Assembly: GCA_018110825.1 (NCBI GenBank)
Contig: JAGBCL010000046.1
Location: forward strand, 3,064-67,063
Length of the DNA: 64,000 bases
DNA from: Oscillospiraceae bacterium
GTDB taxonomy: Bacteria; Bacillota; Clostridia; Oscillospirales; Ruminococcaceae
Direction: 5' to 3'
The notes under the pieces were generated by a model. The model was not told the DNA's origin. It was given only the letters and a program-made list of their open reading frames with translations, and ran no database searches. How positions within the stretch are numbered: position 1 is the first letter of the stretch; every line of letters begins with the position of its first letter. Shown one piece after another: positions 18,788 to 28,159 of the stretch. Made by a program: the position numbers and the translations under genes.

Positions 18788-18829
18788 AAATTCATTCCGC
18801 TTAACAGCGGAAAGTGTTAGGAGGTCCGT

Positions 18830-21220
18830 ATGGAAAATACGAAAAGCGAAAGAAATATTGTCCTGCGTGACCGTAAAACTTCCGTGTTTGCAAGGAAGAA
18901 ATTTACCGTAAAGAAGAACGTCCGCAGTGTTCGTGATACGGATACTGCGAATGTTCCCGACGGTATCAAATTCACGGAGCGGGGCAAGAGCGAAAACCCA
19001 AAGGCAAAAACCAAATCTGTATTGCAGAAAAACAATGCGGATAAGAAAAGAGCTAAAAGGGCGGCATATCTCAAGGAAAGTATGGAATGGGACATTGCCG
19101 CTTCTTATGCTGAAAATTATGAAGAAATCCCACAGGAAACGGATAATCATACAGCAGATGAAAATGCTGACAATCCGATTGAGGATAAAGAGCAGTTCAA
19201 AAGCCATTTCCTCGGCAACACGTCTTTTGTAAGTGAAAACGTCCACAAGAACAGCCTTGACGATGAAAATGTGCGTAAGGCATACAAAGCGAAATTGGCT
19301 GAAAAGATTTTAGGCAGACGAAAAGAAACCGCCGAAATCAGAGCACAGGTTCAGACCAACGCTGTAATGTTGTCAGCTGAAAGGGCGAAAGCAGCGGCAG
19401 AATTAAGTGCAAAGGCTGATATTGCCGTAAGGGATAATGTTATCCCCGGAGCTGAAATTGCGGCAGAATATGTTTCCGCAGTAAAAAGCGGTGACGCAGC
19501 AGCTATGATTACACAGCCTGCTGTAAGCATTGTAAAAAAGCACCTCGGCGGTTCGGGGAAAGTTTTTGACAATATTTCAAATGCAGCAGGTACAGTAAAT
19601 TCAGCTGACTCCGTAGGCGGTGCGGCGGCAAGCGTAGGTGTAAATCTTGCGGCAGACAAAATAAAGTCTGAATTGTTTGAAAGTGCCTTTAAGCCTTCTG
19701 ATGAAAGGATACGGGAGCGTATGGAGAAGAAATTTTACCATATTGACCGTAAGGCTGAAAAGAAAATTCAGAAAATTGAAAAAAGGAAAGAGAAAATTTC
19801 TGATGGCAATGTTTCTGAAAAGGAGCTTAAAAAAATTGAACAAAGCAAGGAGAAATATCAGAAGAAGCTGGCAAGTCAGCAGAAGGAATTACAGCGTAAT
19901 CAGCAGAAGAAAATATTTATCAAACACAATAAAAACAATCCCTCTTTTGTGGGAAATAAGCTTGCAAAGAAAACAGTACAAAAGGTAGGAAAGGGAAAAC
20001 TTATGTTAATACTCGGATCAGGCTCAGGCTTTTTTATGGTTATTCTCATTATAATCATACTGCTAATGATAGTAGCTTCATTATTTTCCTGGATGACACC
20101 TTATGACTACTCACTTGCAGGTGATGAAAGTGAAGAACCTACCGTAGAAGCCAAAACCAATGCTGAAATCATAGACGGATATGCTCTTATGATACAGAAC
20201 TATATGGATGTAACTCAGGCTTATTATTATCTTGTTTACGGTGATTGGTACGGTGGTGTTTATGCTTATCCTCCCCCGGAGGAAATGCTGTCCTTTGCAG
20301 AATATTTTGCGGAATTTCAGGAAAAGATCATTCGTGATATTCAGGCAAAGTATGAGCCTTTATTTGCAGCAGCTACTACTCCCGAACAGGCACAGGCAAT
20401 AGCAAGAGCAATGTCACAGGAAATTTCAGCAGCTCTATCTGTTGCGGCAGAACAGGCAAGAGCTGAATACGAAGCACTTATGGAGGAACTGGATGATACA
20501 ATGACCTCTGATGAGAGAAGATTGCATTATGAAGTGTTTAATAACGGCGGTACAAATGGTGTAAGAGATTCAGGTGAGTTCACAAACAGACCTATAATCG
20601 GGACAAACCATTTTGATGATTATGAAATTGACAGTGAGATGTCAGCTGAAGAAATGCTTGCACTTACTGCTTTGTATAAGGCACTTAAAAATATGCAGGA
20701 ACCCGAAGAAGATGCAGAAGTTGTATATAACATAACCCCGCAGGACATTATGGACCTTATCAATGATACAGAGTTTATAACAATAAGTGCTGAAATCACT
20801 GAGGGAAACAGTTGCAGCGGTAATTGCAAACGTATGATTATGGGTGATATTGAATCAGGCTATTACTGGGTATATTACTGTGATAACGACCACAAAAATT
20901 TAAACGGAGCTGTTGAACCCTGCAAAACAAAGGAAGAAATGATAGAGAAAATTCTGTCACTGACAAATGCAGAGGAAAATGGATTTGATAAGGATAAATG
21001 CACTGAAATGTATGACGAGTATATTGAAGTTATCAAAAAAGAGCTTGATGTAACCGAATCTGATTACCGAAAGTTCGGTGCAGACGATAATGAGAGAGCA
21101 ATGAAGTTTTATGAAATGCTCATTGATCCAAACAAGGGAGAGATACCGAACAATTATTGGACGGTAAACACTCCTTTACCAGATGATGAAAGTGAGGAAA
21201 CCGAAGATGAACAAACTTAA
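18830..21220 (+). CDS. Large conjugation-associated membrane protein, function unknown
   Basis: 796 aa with a K-rich N-terminus, an Ala-rich segment, one TM helix (FFMVILIIIILLMIVASLF) and a Cys-containing C-terminal domain. It occupies the slot after VirB4. I did not recognise a hydrolase motif. Confidence 0.45.
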   Translation: MENTKSERNIVLRDRKTSVFARKKFTVKKNVRSVRDTDTANVPDGIKFTERGKSENPKAKTKSVLQKNNADKKRAKRAAYLKESMEWDIAASYAENYEEIPQETDNHTADENADNPIEDKEQFKSHFLGNTSFVSENVHKNSLDDENVRKAYKAKLAEKILGRRKETAEIRAQVQTNAVMLSAERAKAAAELSAKADIAVRDNVIPGAEIAAEYVSAVKSGDAAAMITQPAVSIVKKHLGGSGKVFDNISNAAGTVNSADSVGGAAASVGVNLAADKIKSELFESAFKPSDERIRERMEKKFYHIDRKAEKKIQKIEKRKEKISDGNVSEKELKKIEQSKEKYQKKLASQQKELQRNQQKKIFIKHNKNNPSFVGNKLAKKTVQKVGKGKLMLILGSGSGFFMVILIIIILLMIVASLFSWMTPYDYSLAGDESEEPTVEAKTNAEIIDGYALMIQNYMDVTQAYYYLVYGDWYGGVYAYPPPEEMLSFAEYFAEFQEKIIRDIQAKYEPLFAAATTPEQAQAIARAMSQEISAALSVAAEQARAEYEALMEELDDTMTSDERRLHYEVFNNGGTNGVRDSGEFTNRPIIGTNHFDDYEIDSEMSAEEMLALTALYKALKNMQEPEEDAEVVYNITPQDIMDLINDTEFITISAEITEGNSCSGNCKRMIMGDIESGYYWVYYCDNDHKNLNGAVEPCKTKEEMIEKILSLTNAEENGFDKDKCTEMYDEYIEVIKKELDVTESDYRKFGADDNERAMKFYEMLIDPNKGEIPNNYWTVNTPLPDDESEETEDEQT

Positions 21221-21509
21221 AAAGTGGCTGTCGGAGAACAAAGATAATCCCACGTTCAAGCATACAGTTTTAATCGTAGTGCTTATTATTCTTGCAATAG
21301 CAGCACAGCTTTTTGATAACTGGCGTGATACCTGGGACACAACGGAAACTGCATCTGAAATTGTTGCAGAAGAAACAGAGGACGAAAAAAATACTGTTGC
21401 CGAGATTATCGACAACAGTAAGGGACATATCATTATGCTTTGTATAACGGGCACGGCACTTGCTGTTGTTCAGTACAAGAAAAAACACAAGATTAAGGAA
21501 AGCAGGTAA
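21207..21509 (+). CDS. Small membrane protein
   Basis: The ATG at 21207 overlaps the end of the previous gene. Two hydrophobic helices are present. Confidence 0.4.
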   Translation: MNKLKKWLSENKDNPTFKHTVLIVVLIILAIAAQLFDNWRDTWDTTETASEIVAEETEDEKNTVAEIIDNSKGHIIMLCITGTALAVVQYKKKHKIKESR

Positions 21510-23867
21510 ATGTATATGAAACTTATCATAAGCGAAAAGCCGTCAACGGCTAAAATCATAGCTCACGCAGTAGGAGCGAGAGAAAAGATTTACGGTGAAG
21601 GCAAGGAGTTCTGCTATAAAGGCAACGGTTTTTATGTTGTAGGTGCAAGGGGACATATTTACGGTGTAGGTATGCCGCAGGATTACGGTTACAGCAAGTC
21701 ATACAAAATGGACGAACTGCCTATGTTCCCGGAATTTGAACTTTACCCCGCAGGAGAGGATACCGAAAATCTGCGTATCCTCATTACACACCTTATCAAT
21801 CTCCCCGAAGTCGATGAGCTTATCTGTGCAACAGACGCAGGACGTGAGGGTGAGCTTATCTTCCGTCACATTTATAACGCAAATAACTGCACGAAGCCTG
21901 TAAAACGGCTCTGGACTAACTCTATGACCGATGAAGCCATTACAAAATGTATGGCAAATCTTCCTCCCGACAGCGATTTTGACGGTGAGTATAAGGCGGC
22001 AATTGCGAGAGAGCAGTCGGATTGGATAATCGGAATGAATTTATCCCGTCTTTACGGTCTGAAGGATAATTACACACATCGTATCGGACGTGTGAAAACT
22101 CCTGTGCTTGCAATAATTGTTGACCGTGATAATGAAATTTCAGCGTTCAGCAAAAATACCACATACCGCCTTGAAATGCCAAACGGAGCTGTTTCCGAAA
22201 CAGAGTATTCCACAAAGGATGAAGCGGAATATGCAAGGGTGAAATGCACAGGCAAGAGTGTAAATGTCCTTTCTGCCATAGCAGAGGAAAAGTATACAAA
22301 CAGACCGCTTCTCCATAGTCTGACTACGCTCCAGCAGGAAGCTAACAGGGTGTACGGATTTACTGCCAAGCAAACACTTGAAGCTGCACAGAATTTGTAC
22401 GAACAGAAGCTTATAACTTACCCCCGTACCGATTGCAACTATGTTTCCGAAGATATGCGAGGACAGATTGAACGTGCTGTAAGTGTGATGAGAGAACAGA
22501 CAGAATATTCTGAAAGAGCACACAAATTACTTAACGCAGGTCTTAATCTTGACAAACGAGTTATCAATGATAACGCTATGAACGGGCACGACCACCACGC
22601 AATTATCCCCGAAGCAACAATGACGGCTCTTGACGGCTTAAATGATACGGAGCATAAAATTTACGGACTTGTGGTAAACAGGCTGCTTTGTGCGGTAGAT
22701 AAGGAATGCAGATATACCGAAACCAATTACGAGTTTTGGTGCGAGGATATAACCTTTTCCCTCAAGCGTGAAAAGACCGTTGAAATCGGCTGGAAGAAGT
22801 ATGACACAGAACGTGCCCCAGTGGGGCACGAAACAGAAAGCTATACAGAGGGTACTACCTTTACAATGGAAAACCTTACTGTCAAGGAGTGCGTAACAAA
22901 GCCGCCAAAACATTTTACAGACGCAACCCTTCTTTCTGTTATGAATAATATCGACAACCGTATTGACGATAAGGAGCTGAAAACAGCGGTAAACGGCAAG
23001 GGTATCGGCACAGAAGCCACAAGAGCAGATATTATCGAACAGCTTGTTGCCGCAAAGTATGTTGAAAGAAGCGGAAAGAGCATTATTGCAACAGAGTTTG
23101 GTAAGTCTTTTATCGCTTCAATTCCTGATACGGTAAAGTCCGTAGAGCGTACAGCGGAATGGGAACAGGTTTTCACAAATATCAAGGAAAAGGGTATTAG
23201 TGCAGAGCCTTTTATGAAGGAGGTTAAGGAATTTGTAAAGGGTGTTATCGAATATGAGAACAATCCCGCACGTCACAGACCTTCCGTTCAGATACCCGAA
23301 GGCAGTGGACCGCAGAGAAATTCAGTAGGTGTTTGTCCACGTTGCGGTAGGCAGGTTTATGAGGGTAAAACAAACTATTACTGTGAAAGCGGTAAGGACG
23401 GTTGTGGCTTCACAATTTGGAAAGAGCCTATGTTTTTCAATGACGTTATCACTCCCGAAAAGGCTGAAAAACTCATCAAGGGTGAAGTTGTTCCGCTTAA
23501 AGCAACAAGCAAGGAAGGTAAGCTTTACACAGCAGATTATAAGCTCAACTATTCAGGCGAATATGTAAATCTTGAACGTGTTAAGGAAGAAAAGGTTGCA
23601 GTAGGCAAGTGCCCAAGGTGCGGTAAGCAGGTATTTGAGGGCAAGAGTAATTTTTACTGCGAGTCGGGAAAAGACGGCTGCGGTTTTACCCTCTGGAAGA
23701 ATGATAAATTCAACGGCATTACCGTTACTGTTGAAAATGCAAGAGATTTGCTTGATGGAAAGGTAATAACCAAGACCAAGAAGAAAATCTCAGGTGAGAA
23801 ATTAAAGGTAAATTACAGAATGGTTGATACAGGCAAGTATATCAATCTTAAATCAGAGGGTGATTAA
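21510..23867 (+). CDS. topB: DNA topoisomerase III (type IA) with two C-terminal zinc-ribbon repeats
   Basis: Toprim start (LIISEKPS, DAGREGE), the active-site region ITYPRTD, and two copies of CPRCGxxVxEGKxNxYCESGKDGCGFTxWK. Confidence 0.9.
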   Translation: MYMKLIISEKPSTAKIIAHAVGAREKIYGEGKEFCYKGNGFYVVGARGHIYGVGMPQDYGYSKSYKMDELPMFPEFELYPAGEDTENLRILITHLINLPEVDELICATDAGREGELIFRHIYNANNCTKPVKRLWTNSMTDEAITKCMANLPPDSDFDGEYKAAIAREQSDWIIGMNLSRLYGLKDNYTHRIGRVKTPVLAIIVDRDNEISAFSKNTTYRLEMPNGAVSETEYSTKDEAEYARVKCTGKSVNVLSAIAEEKYTNRPLLHSLTTLQQEANRVYGFTAKQTLEAAQNLYEQKLITYPRTDCNYVSEDMRGQIERAVSVMREQTEYSERAHKLLNAGLNLDKRVINDNAMNGHDHHAIIPEATMTALDGLNDTEHKIYGLVVNRLLCAVDKECRYTETNYEFWCEDITFSLKREKTVEIGWKKYDTERAPVGHETESYTEGTTFTMENLTVKECVTKPPKHFTDATLLSVMNNIDNRIDDKELKTAVNGKGIGTEATRADIIEQLVAAKYVERSGKSIIATEFGKSFIASIPDTVKSVERTAEWEQVFTNIKEKGISAEPFMKEVKEFVKGVIEYENNPARHRPSVQIPEGSGPQRNSVGVCPRCGRQVYEGKTNYYCESGKDGCGFTIWKEPMFFNDVITPEKAEKLIKGEVVPLKATSKEGKLYTADYKLNYSGEYVNLERVKEEKVAVGKCPRCGKQVFEGKSNFYCESGKDGCGFTLWKNDKFNGITVTVENARDLLDGKVITKTKKKISGEKLKVNYRMVDTGKYINLKSEGD
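22813..22833. repeat. GC-rich palindrome GTGCCCCAGTGGGGCAC (+GAAA), copy 2, inside the topB CDS
   Basis: Identical 21-mer to 4420-4440. Here the arms extend to 9 bp (CGTGCCCCA G TGGGGCACG). In both genes the sequence encodes APVGHE. Confidence 0.8.
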
Positions 23868-25277
23868 ATGAGCATTTATACTCAAATCGGCAATGATGTA
23901 ACCGTTATAACGAATCTGACACGATATGCAATTATTGCAAAGATTTTCGGTATAGAACTAAAGCTTGATGATGTAAAGGTGCTTACAGATAAGATGAGAA
24001 CCGATATTCGCATTGATGAATTCAATGAGGGTATCAACAGACTTGTGGTTTTGTATGGAGCAGGTTTTATAAACGAGGACACGTTTTGTGTTATGGCGAA
24101 AAATGCAATGCTTCACATTGATGACCTTACCGCAGCAGAAAATCTTGTCATTTCACAGGCTAAAGACGAACCGGAAGATAGAATAACACCTGAACTTCTT
24201 ACAAATGCACTTCGTTCAGCTGCATATTCAAAAAAGTATCAGGAATTTGAAAATATAAGCTTTGATGAAGCCTTGCAGATGACAGAGCTTGCACACGTTG
24301 AAATAGTTGACGGATGTATGAGAGCAAGGGATAAGGAGTTTCTTGAATTTCTGATGAACATTGGTGAGCCAATGGGAAATATAAACGATGACAAGTGTGA
24401 AGCTGTTAAAGAAGAAAAGACCAATATCGAACAGCTTATTCTTGATGAAAACAGTACCACAGATGAGTTTCCTGTCATATTCGATATGAAATCGGCAGCA
24501 ATATATTCAAAGCTTTTTGATAAAGCGTATGGCAGGGACTTCATTCTGTACGCAAGGAAAAAGAAGATGAAGCTTGATTTCAACTGTAATGATGAATATG
24601 AGAAATTCGTCAGAATGGTAAAGCTTCATTTTGAAATCCGTCACTATGAGCGTATCCGTCAGATTTGCGGAAGAAAAGTTAATTGGTTTGATTATGCTCC
24701 ATCGGTTGACGGGAATATATCAGACAATTTAAGCAGCCTTACAGAAATGAAGCCTGTTGACCTTGATGTTGATGAAGAATACGCAGATGATGAACTTCTT
24801 GAAAAAGCGGTTGCTAAATATGCCCGAAATCTTCCCTTTAGTGAGGATACTGTTTTTGAGGTGTTCCACAACGGCAAGGTAATTGTGGGTGTGTTAAGGA
24901 ACAAGAAGTTTGCGGAGATTGACAGCAAAGCTTTTCACTCCCAGCTTTTCGATTTTAATAAGATTTGGGGCGTTATTCAGATGTGTTCCCGTGATGGACA
25001 GCTTAAAAAGCAGGGTGAGTGTATTGTAATTCCCGAAAGTGTGTGGAAGGAAATCGCACCCGAACAGCGTGAATATGCAGACAGGCTTATTAAGGAGCAG
25101 TATCACAGGCTTGTGGAACATAGAAAGGCAAATAAGCTGCTGCAATCTTTAAGTGATCTTAAAGCTTCGGCAGAAAGTGCAAAGAAAATCAAAGAAGCAG
25201 GGGATGCAGAAAAAAAGGCAGCAGAGCAAAAACATATACAGGATAAGGAAAACCGACCTGCAGGTGTTGAAACGTAG
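23868..25277 (+). CDS. Hypothetical protein (469 aa)
   Basis: Long ORF coupled to the topB stop. I recognised no motif. The C-terminus is a K/E/A-rich coil. Confidence 0.5.
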   Translation: MSIYTQIGNDVTVITNLTRYAIIAKIFGIELKLDDVKVLTDKMRTDIRIDEFNEGINRLVVLYGAGFINEDTFCVMAKNAMLHIDDLTAAENLVISQAKDEPEDRITPELLTNALRSAAYSKKYQEFENISFDEALQMTELAHVEIVDGCMRARDKEFLEFLMNIGEPMGNINDDKCEAVKEEKTNIEQLILDENSTTDEFPVIFDMKSAAIYSKLFDKAYGRDFILYARKKKMKLDFNCNDEYEKFVRMVKLHFEIRHYERIRQICGRKVNWFDYAPSVDGNISDNLSSLTEMKPVDLDVDEEYADDELLEKAVAKYARNLPFSEDTVFEVFHNGKVIVGVLRNKKFAEIDSKAFHSQLFDFNKIWGVIQMCSRDGQLKKQGECIVIPESVWKEIAPEQREYADRLIKEQYHRLVEHRKANKLLQSLSDLKASAESAKKIKEAGDAEKKAAEQKHIQDKENRPAGVET

Positions 25278-25292
25278 AAAGAAGGTGAGTGA

Positions 25293-25595
25293 ATGAAAGT
25301 TTTTATTAAAGAATACTGCCGTGATGTTACAATCAGGATTTTCGGTATGGATAATGAAGAACGCACAAAAGAATTTTTTGATAAATATTTTTACGATGTG
25401 GATGGCGTTGAAATAATGACCGATGATGAACGCAGTGAGTATTTATCCGAAGCAGAATATTCCATTGAAAAAGCGGCACAGTTTGAATATTTTGCACAGC
25501 ATATCGGTGCTATTCAGACTGCTATTGACCTTGTTGCCGTAGCTCATATTTACGGCAGAGATAATTACCTTAATGAAGAAAACTATATTGTGTAA
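25293..25595 (+). CDS. Hypothetical protein (100 aa)
   Basis: ORF with a GAAGGTGAG RBS. No motif recognised. Confidence 0.45.
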   Translation: MKVFIKEYCRDVTIRIFGMDNEERTKEFFDKYFYDVDGVEIMTDDERSEYLSEAEYSIEKAAQFEYFAQHIGAIQTAIDLVAVAHIYGRDNYLNEENYIV

Positions 25596-25610
25596 CGGAG
25601 GTATAACAAG

Positions 25611-28157
25611 ATGGCAGATATATCTATTGAAGAACTGCTTAAAAGAATAGAAGAACTTGAAAAGCATAGTTCATCACTTGAAAGCAAGTTTGAGAACCTT
25701 GAAGAACAGGTGCAGACCATTAACCGTTTCATTTCTGCTATTACCGAAGCACAGGACTTTGAGCAGACTATGACGGAAATTGAAAGCGTTACAAAGCAGC
25801 TTACTGATTGCGAAAAGGCTACATTTTATTGCTATGACAACAGCAATGATAAATTCTTTTCTCACGGAGATTACCGTAACTGGCAGGAAGAACAGATCGC
25901 TGATGAACTGCGTGGTGCGTTTGAAAGCGGAGAAATTATGTCAGACAGTAAAGAAGCAGTTATTCCTCTTGTTTCCGCAAACGGTAATTCTCTCGGTGTT
26001 ATAGTTGCAGAAAAAGAAAGCGGCTTCACTCCTGATGACTATAACAATTTTATAAAAGGCGGACAGGTTGTAAATACTGTTGAGCTGGCACTCAAAAAGG
26101 AATTTGAACACCAGGGCAGAATTACAGATGAGCTTACTCACCTTAAAAACAGGCAGGGACTTAACGAATATCTTGCAAATACCCTTGTAGGCAATATTAA
26201 CAGCGGACGAAGCGTAAACATTTTGATGATTGATATTGATCATTTCAAGAGCGTGAACGATAACTACGGACACGACGCAGGTGACGTTATCCTTAAAGGC
26301 GTAGCGGAAGTATTGCAGGAAGCTACAAGAACAGGTGCGGACTGTGCGTTCAGAATGGGCGGTGAGGAACTTGTATGTATTCTTAACTGCACACCTGAAG
26401 AAGCGGTTGACGTTTCGGAACGTCTGCGTGTGAAGATTGAAAACACTATACATAATATCACACACAATAATGAGCCGCTTGAAGTAAAGGTAACCGTTTC
26501 AATGGGACTTCATAATATGTCACCCGAAGCGGAAATGACCGCTGAAAATGCAAGAGCCGTATTTGACAGTGAGTTCAAGTATGCCGATGAAGCAGTGTAC
26601 AAGGCAAAGGAAACAGGCAGAAACAAGCTTATCTGTTCTGATGAAAAAATGTTTATGTCATACCTTGCATTAAAGTCGGCAGAGCTTTTATGCGGAGAGG
26701 ACCGCAGTAATATTGATGAAATCAAGCAGGCAACGGTAAAACTGCTTGTAGATGACAAGGATATTGGTACAGTTGTTGAAGCATTACAGACTTATGCAGA
26801 AGAAAAGCCTGAACTTGCAGAGATGATAACAGAGCTTATATCCAAGATAAATGAAACAGCATATAAAATTGATGAAAAACAAACGGAGGAAACAGAAATG
26901 AGTTACGAAAGCAGAGCACCTAAATATTATAACAAGGAAGCATTTAAGGGAATTGAGAATAAGACATATCTTAATACGGATGCTTCAACAGCATTTCAGA
27001 TCGCACAGAGAGCAACGGCAGCTAACATTGAATTTTCTGCAAAGTATGACGGTGAAAAGTCGGCGGTTACACTTGATGGTGTAAAGGACAGATGGTTTAT
27101 CGAAGCTGTGAAGTCTGAATTTAATGTTACGGAACAGTCAAGTATTACCCCTGAGCGTGGCAGAGCAGCCTATACACAGGAAAATACACATTACGGACGT
27201 GAACAGACACAGCAGAGAGGTCCGGCATATTTCGGACACCAGGCTGAACAGCCGAAGCAGGACAAGGGAGCCACATATTTCAACCGTGAAGGCTTTAAGG
27301 ATATTCAGAACAAGGAATACATCCGCACGGACGCAAAGACCGCATACACCATTTCGCAGGAAGCACAGAAGTATGGTATTGAACACTCCGTAAAGTATGA
27401 CGGCGAAAAGTCGGCTGTTACTATTGACAGCGTAAAGGATAAAGCTTTTGTTGAAGCGGTAAGAAGGGAATTTAATATTCCTGAAACTACACGTCAGGAA
27501 AGACCTGCACAGAGAGAAACTGCATATTTCGGACGTGAACAGGAACAGCCACAGCAGGAGGAAAATGCTCCTACATATTTCAATCGTGAAGCTTTTAAGA
27601 ACATTCAGAACAAGGAATATATCCGTACTGATTCAACCACAGCATATATGATTTCTCTTGAAGCACAGAAGTATGGTATTGAGCACTCTGTAAAGTATGA
27701 CGGCGAAAAGTCAGCGGTTACAGTTGATGGTGTAAAGGATAAGGGATTTGTTGATTCCGTAAGAGCAAGATTTAATATTCCCGAATATTCACGTCCTGCA
27801 CAGTATCGCAGTGAAGCACCGAACCAGAGAGAAAGTGCATATTTTGGACGTGAGCAGGTTCAGCCGCAGCAGAGCAAAGAAGTAACATATTTCAACCGTG
27901 ACGGATTTAAGGATATTCAGAATAAGACTTTTATCCAGACAGATGCCAAAACAGCATATATCATTTCAAAAGAAGCTTCAAAGCACGGTATTGAACACTC
28001 TGCAAAGTATGCAGGAGAAAGGTCGGCTGTAACGCTTGACGGTGTAAAGAACAAAAGCTTTGTGCAGGCTGTAAAAAGTATGGCAGAGTGGGCAGATAAG
28101 GTTCAGATTAAAGAAGCACAGAATCAGAACAGGGGCAGAAATAACGGAGCGAGATAA
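25611..28157 (+). CDS. GAF-like + GGDEF (diguanylate cyclase fold) protein with four C-terminal repeat modules
   Basis: GGDEF-domain signatures IDIDHFKSVNDNYGHDAGD and RMGGEEL (a GGEEL variant of GGDEF). A coiled-coil and a GAF-like segment lie upstream. Four ~100-117-aa repeats lie downstream. Confidence 0.75.
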   Translation: MADISIEELLKRIEELEKHSSSLESKFENLEEQVQTINRFISAITEAQDFEQTMTEIESVTKQLTDCEKATFYCYDNSNDKFFSHGDYRNWQEEQIADELRGAFESGEIMSDSKEAVIPLVSANGNSLGVIVAEKESGFTPDDYNNFIKGGQVVNTVELALKKEFEHQGRITDELTHLKNRQGLNEYLANTLVGNINSGRSVNILMIDIDHFKSVNDNYGHDAGDVILKGVAEVLQEATRTGADCAFRMGGEELVCILNCTPEEAVDVSERLRVKIENTIHNITHNNEPLEVKVTVSMGLHNMSPEAEMTAENARAVFDSEFKYADEAVYKAKETGRNKLICSDEKMFMSYLALKSAELLCGEDRSNIDEIKQATVKLLVDDKDIGTVVEALQTYAEEKPELAEMITELISKINETAYKIDEKQTEETEMSYESRAPKYYNKEAFKGIENKTYLNTDASTAFQIAQRATAANIEFSAKYDGEKSAVTLDGVKDRWFIEAVKSEFNVTEQSSITPERGRAAYTQENTHYGREQTQQRGPAYFGHQAEQPKQDKGATYFNREGFKDIQNKEYIRTDAKTAYTISQEAQKYGIEHSVKYDGEKSAVTIDSVKDKAFVEAVRREFNIPETTRQERPAQRETAYFGREQEQPQQEENAPTYFNREAFKNIQNKEYIRTDSTTAYMISLEAQKYGIEHSVKYDGEKSAVTVDGVKDKGFVDSVRARFNIPEYSRPAQYRSEAPNQRESAYFGREQVQPQQSKEVTYFNRDGFKDIQNKTFIQTDAKTAYIISKEASKHGIEHSAKYAGERSAVTLDGVKNKSFVQAVKSMAEWADKVQIKEAQNQNRGRNNGAR
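26919..28080 (+). repeat. Four in-frame tandem repeats (about 300-350 nt each) within the GGDEF gene
   Basis: Units start near 26919, 27268, 27567 and 27882. Each encodes YFNREGFKDIQNKEYIRTD..TAY.IS.EAQKYGIEHSVKYDGEKSAVT.D.VKDK.FV..V...FNIPE plus an AYFGREQ-QPQQ linker. Units 2 and 3 are highly similar at the nucleotide level. Confidence 0.85.
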
Positions 28158-28159
28158 TT

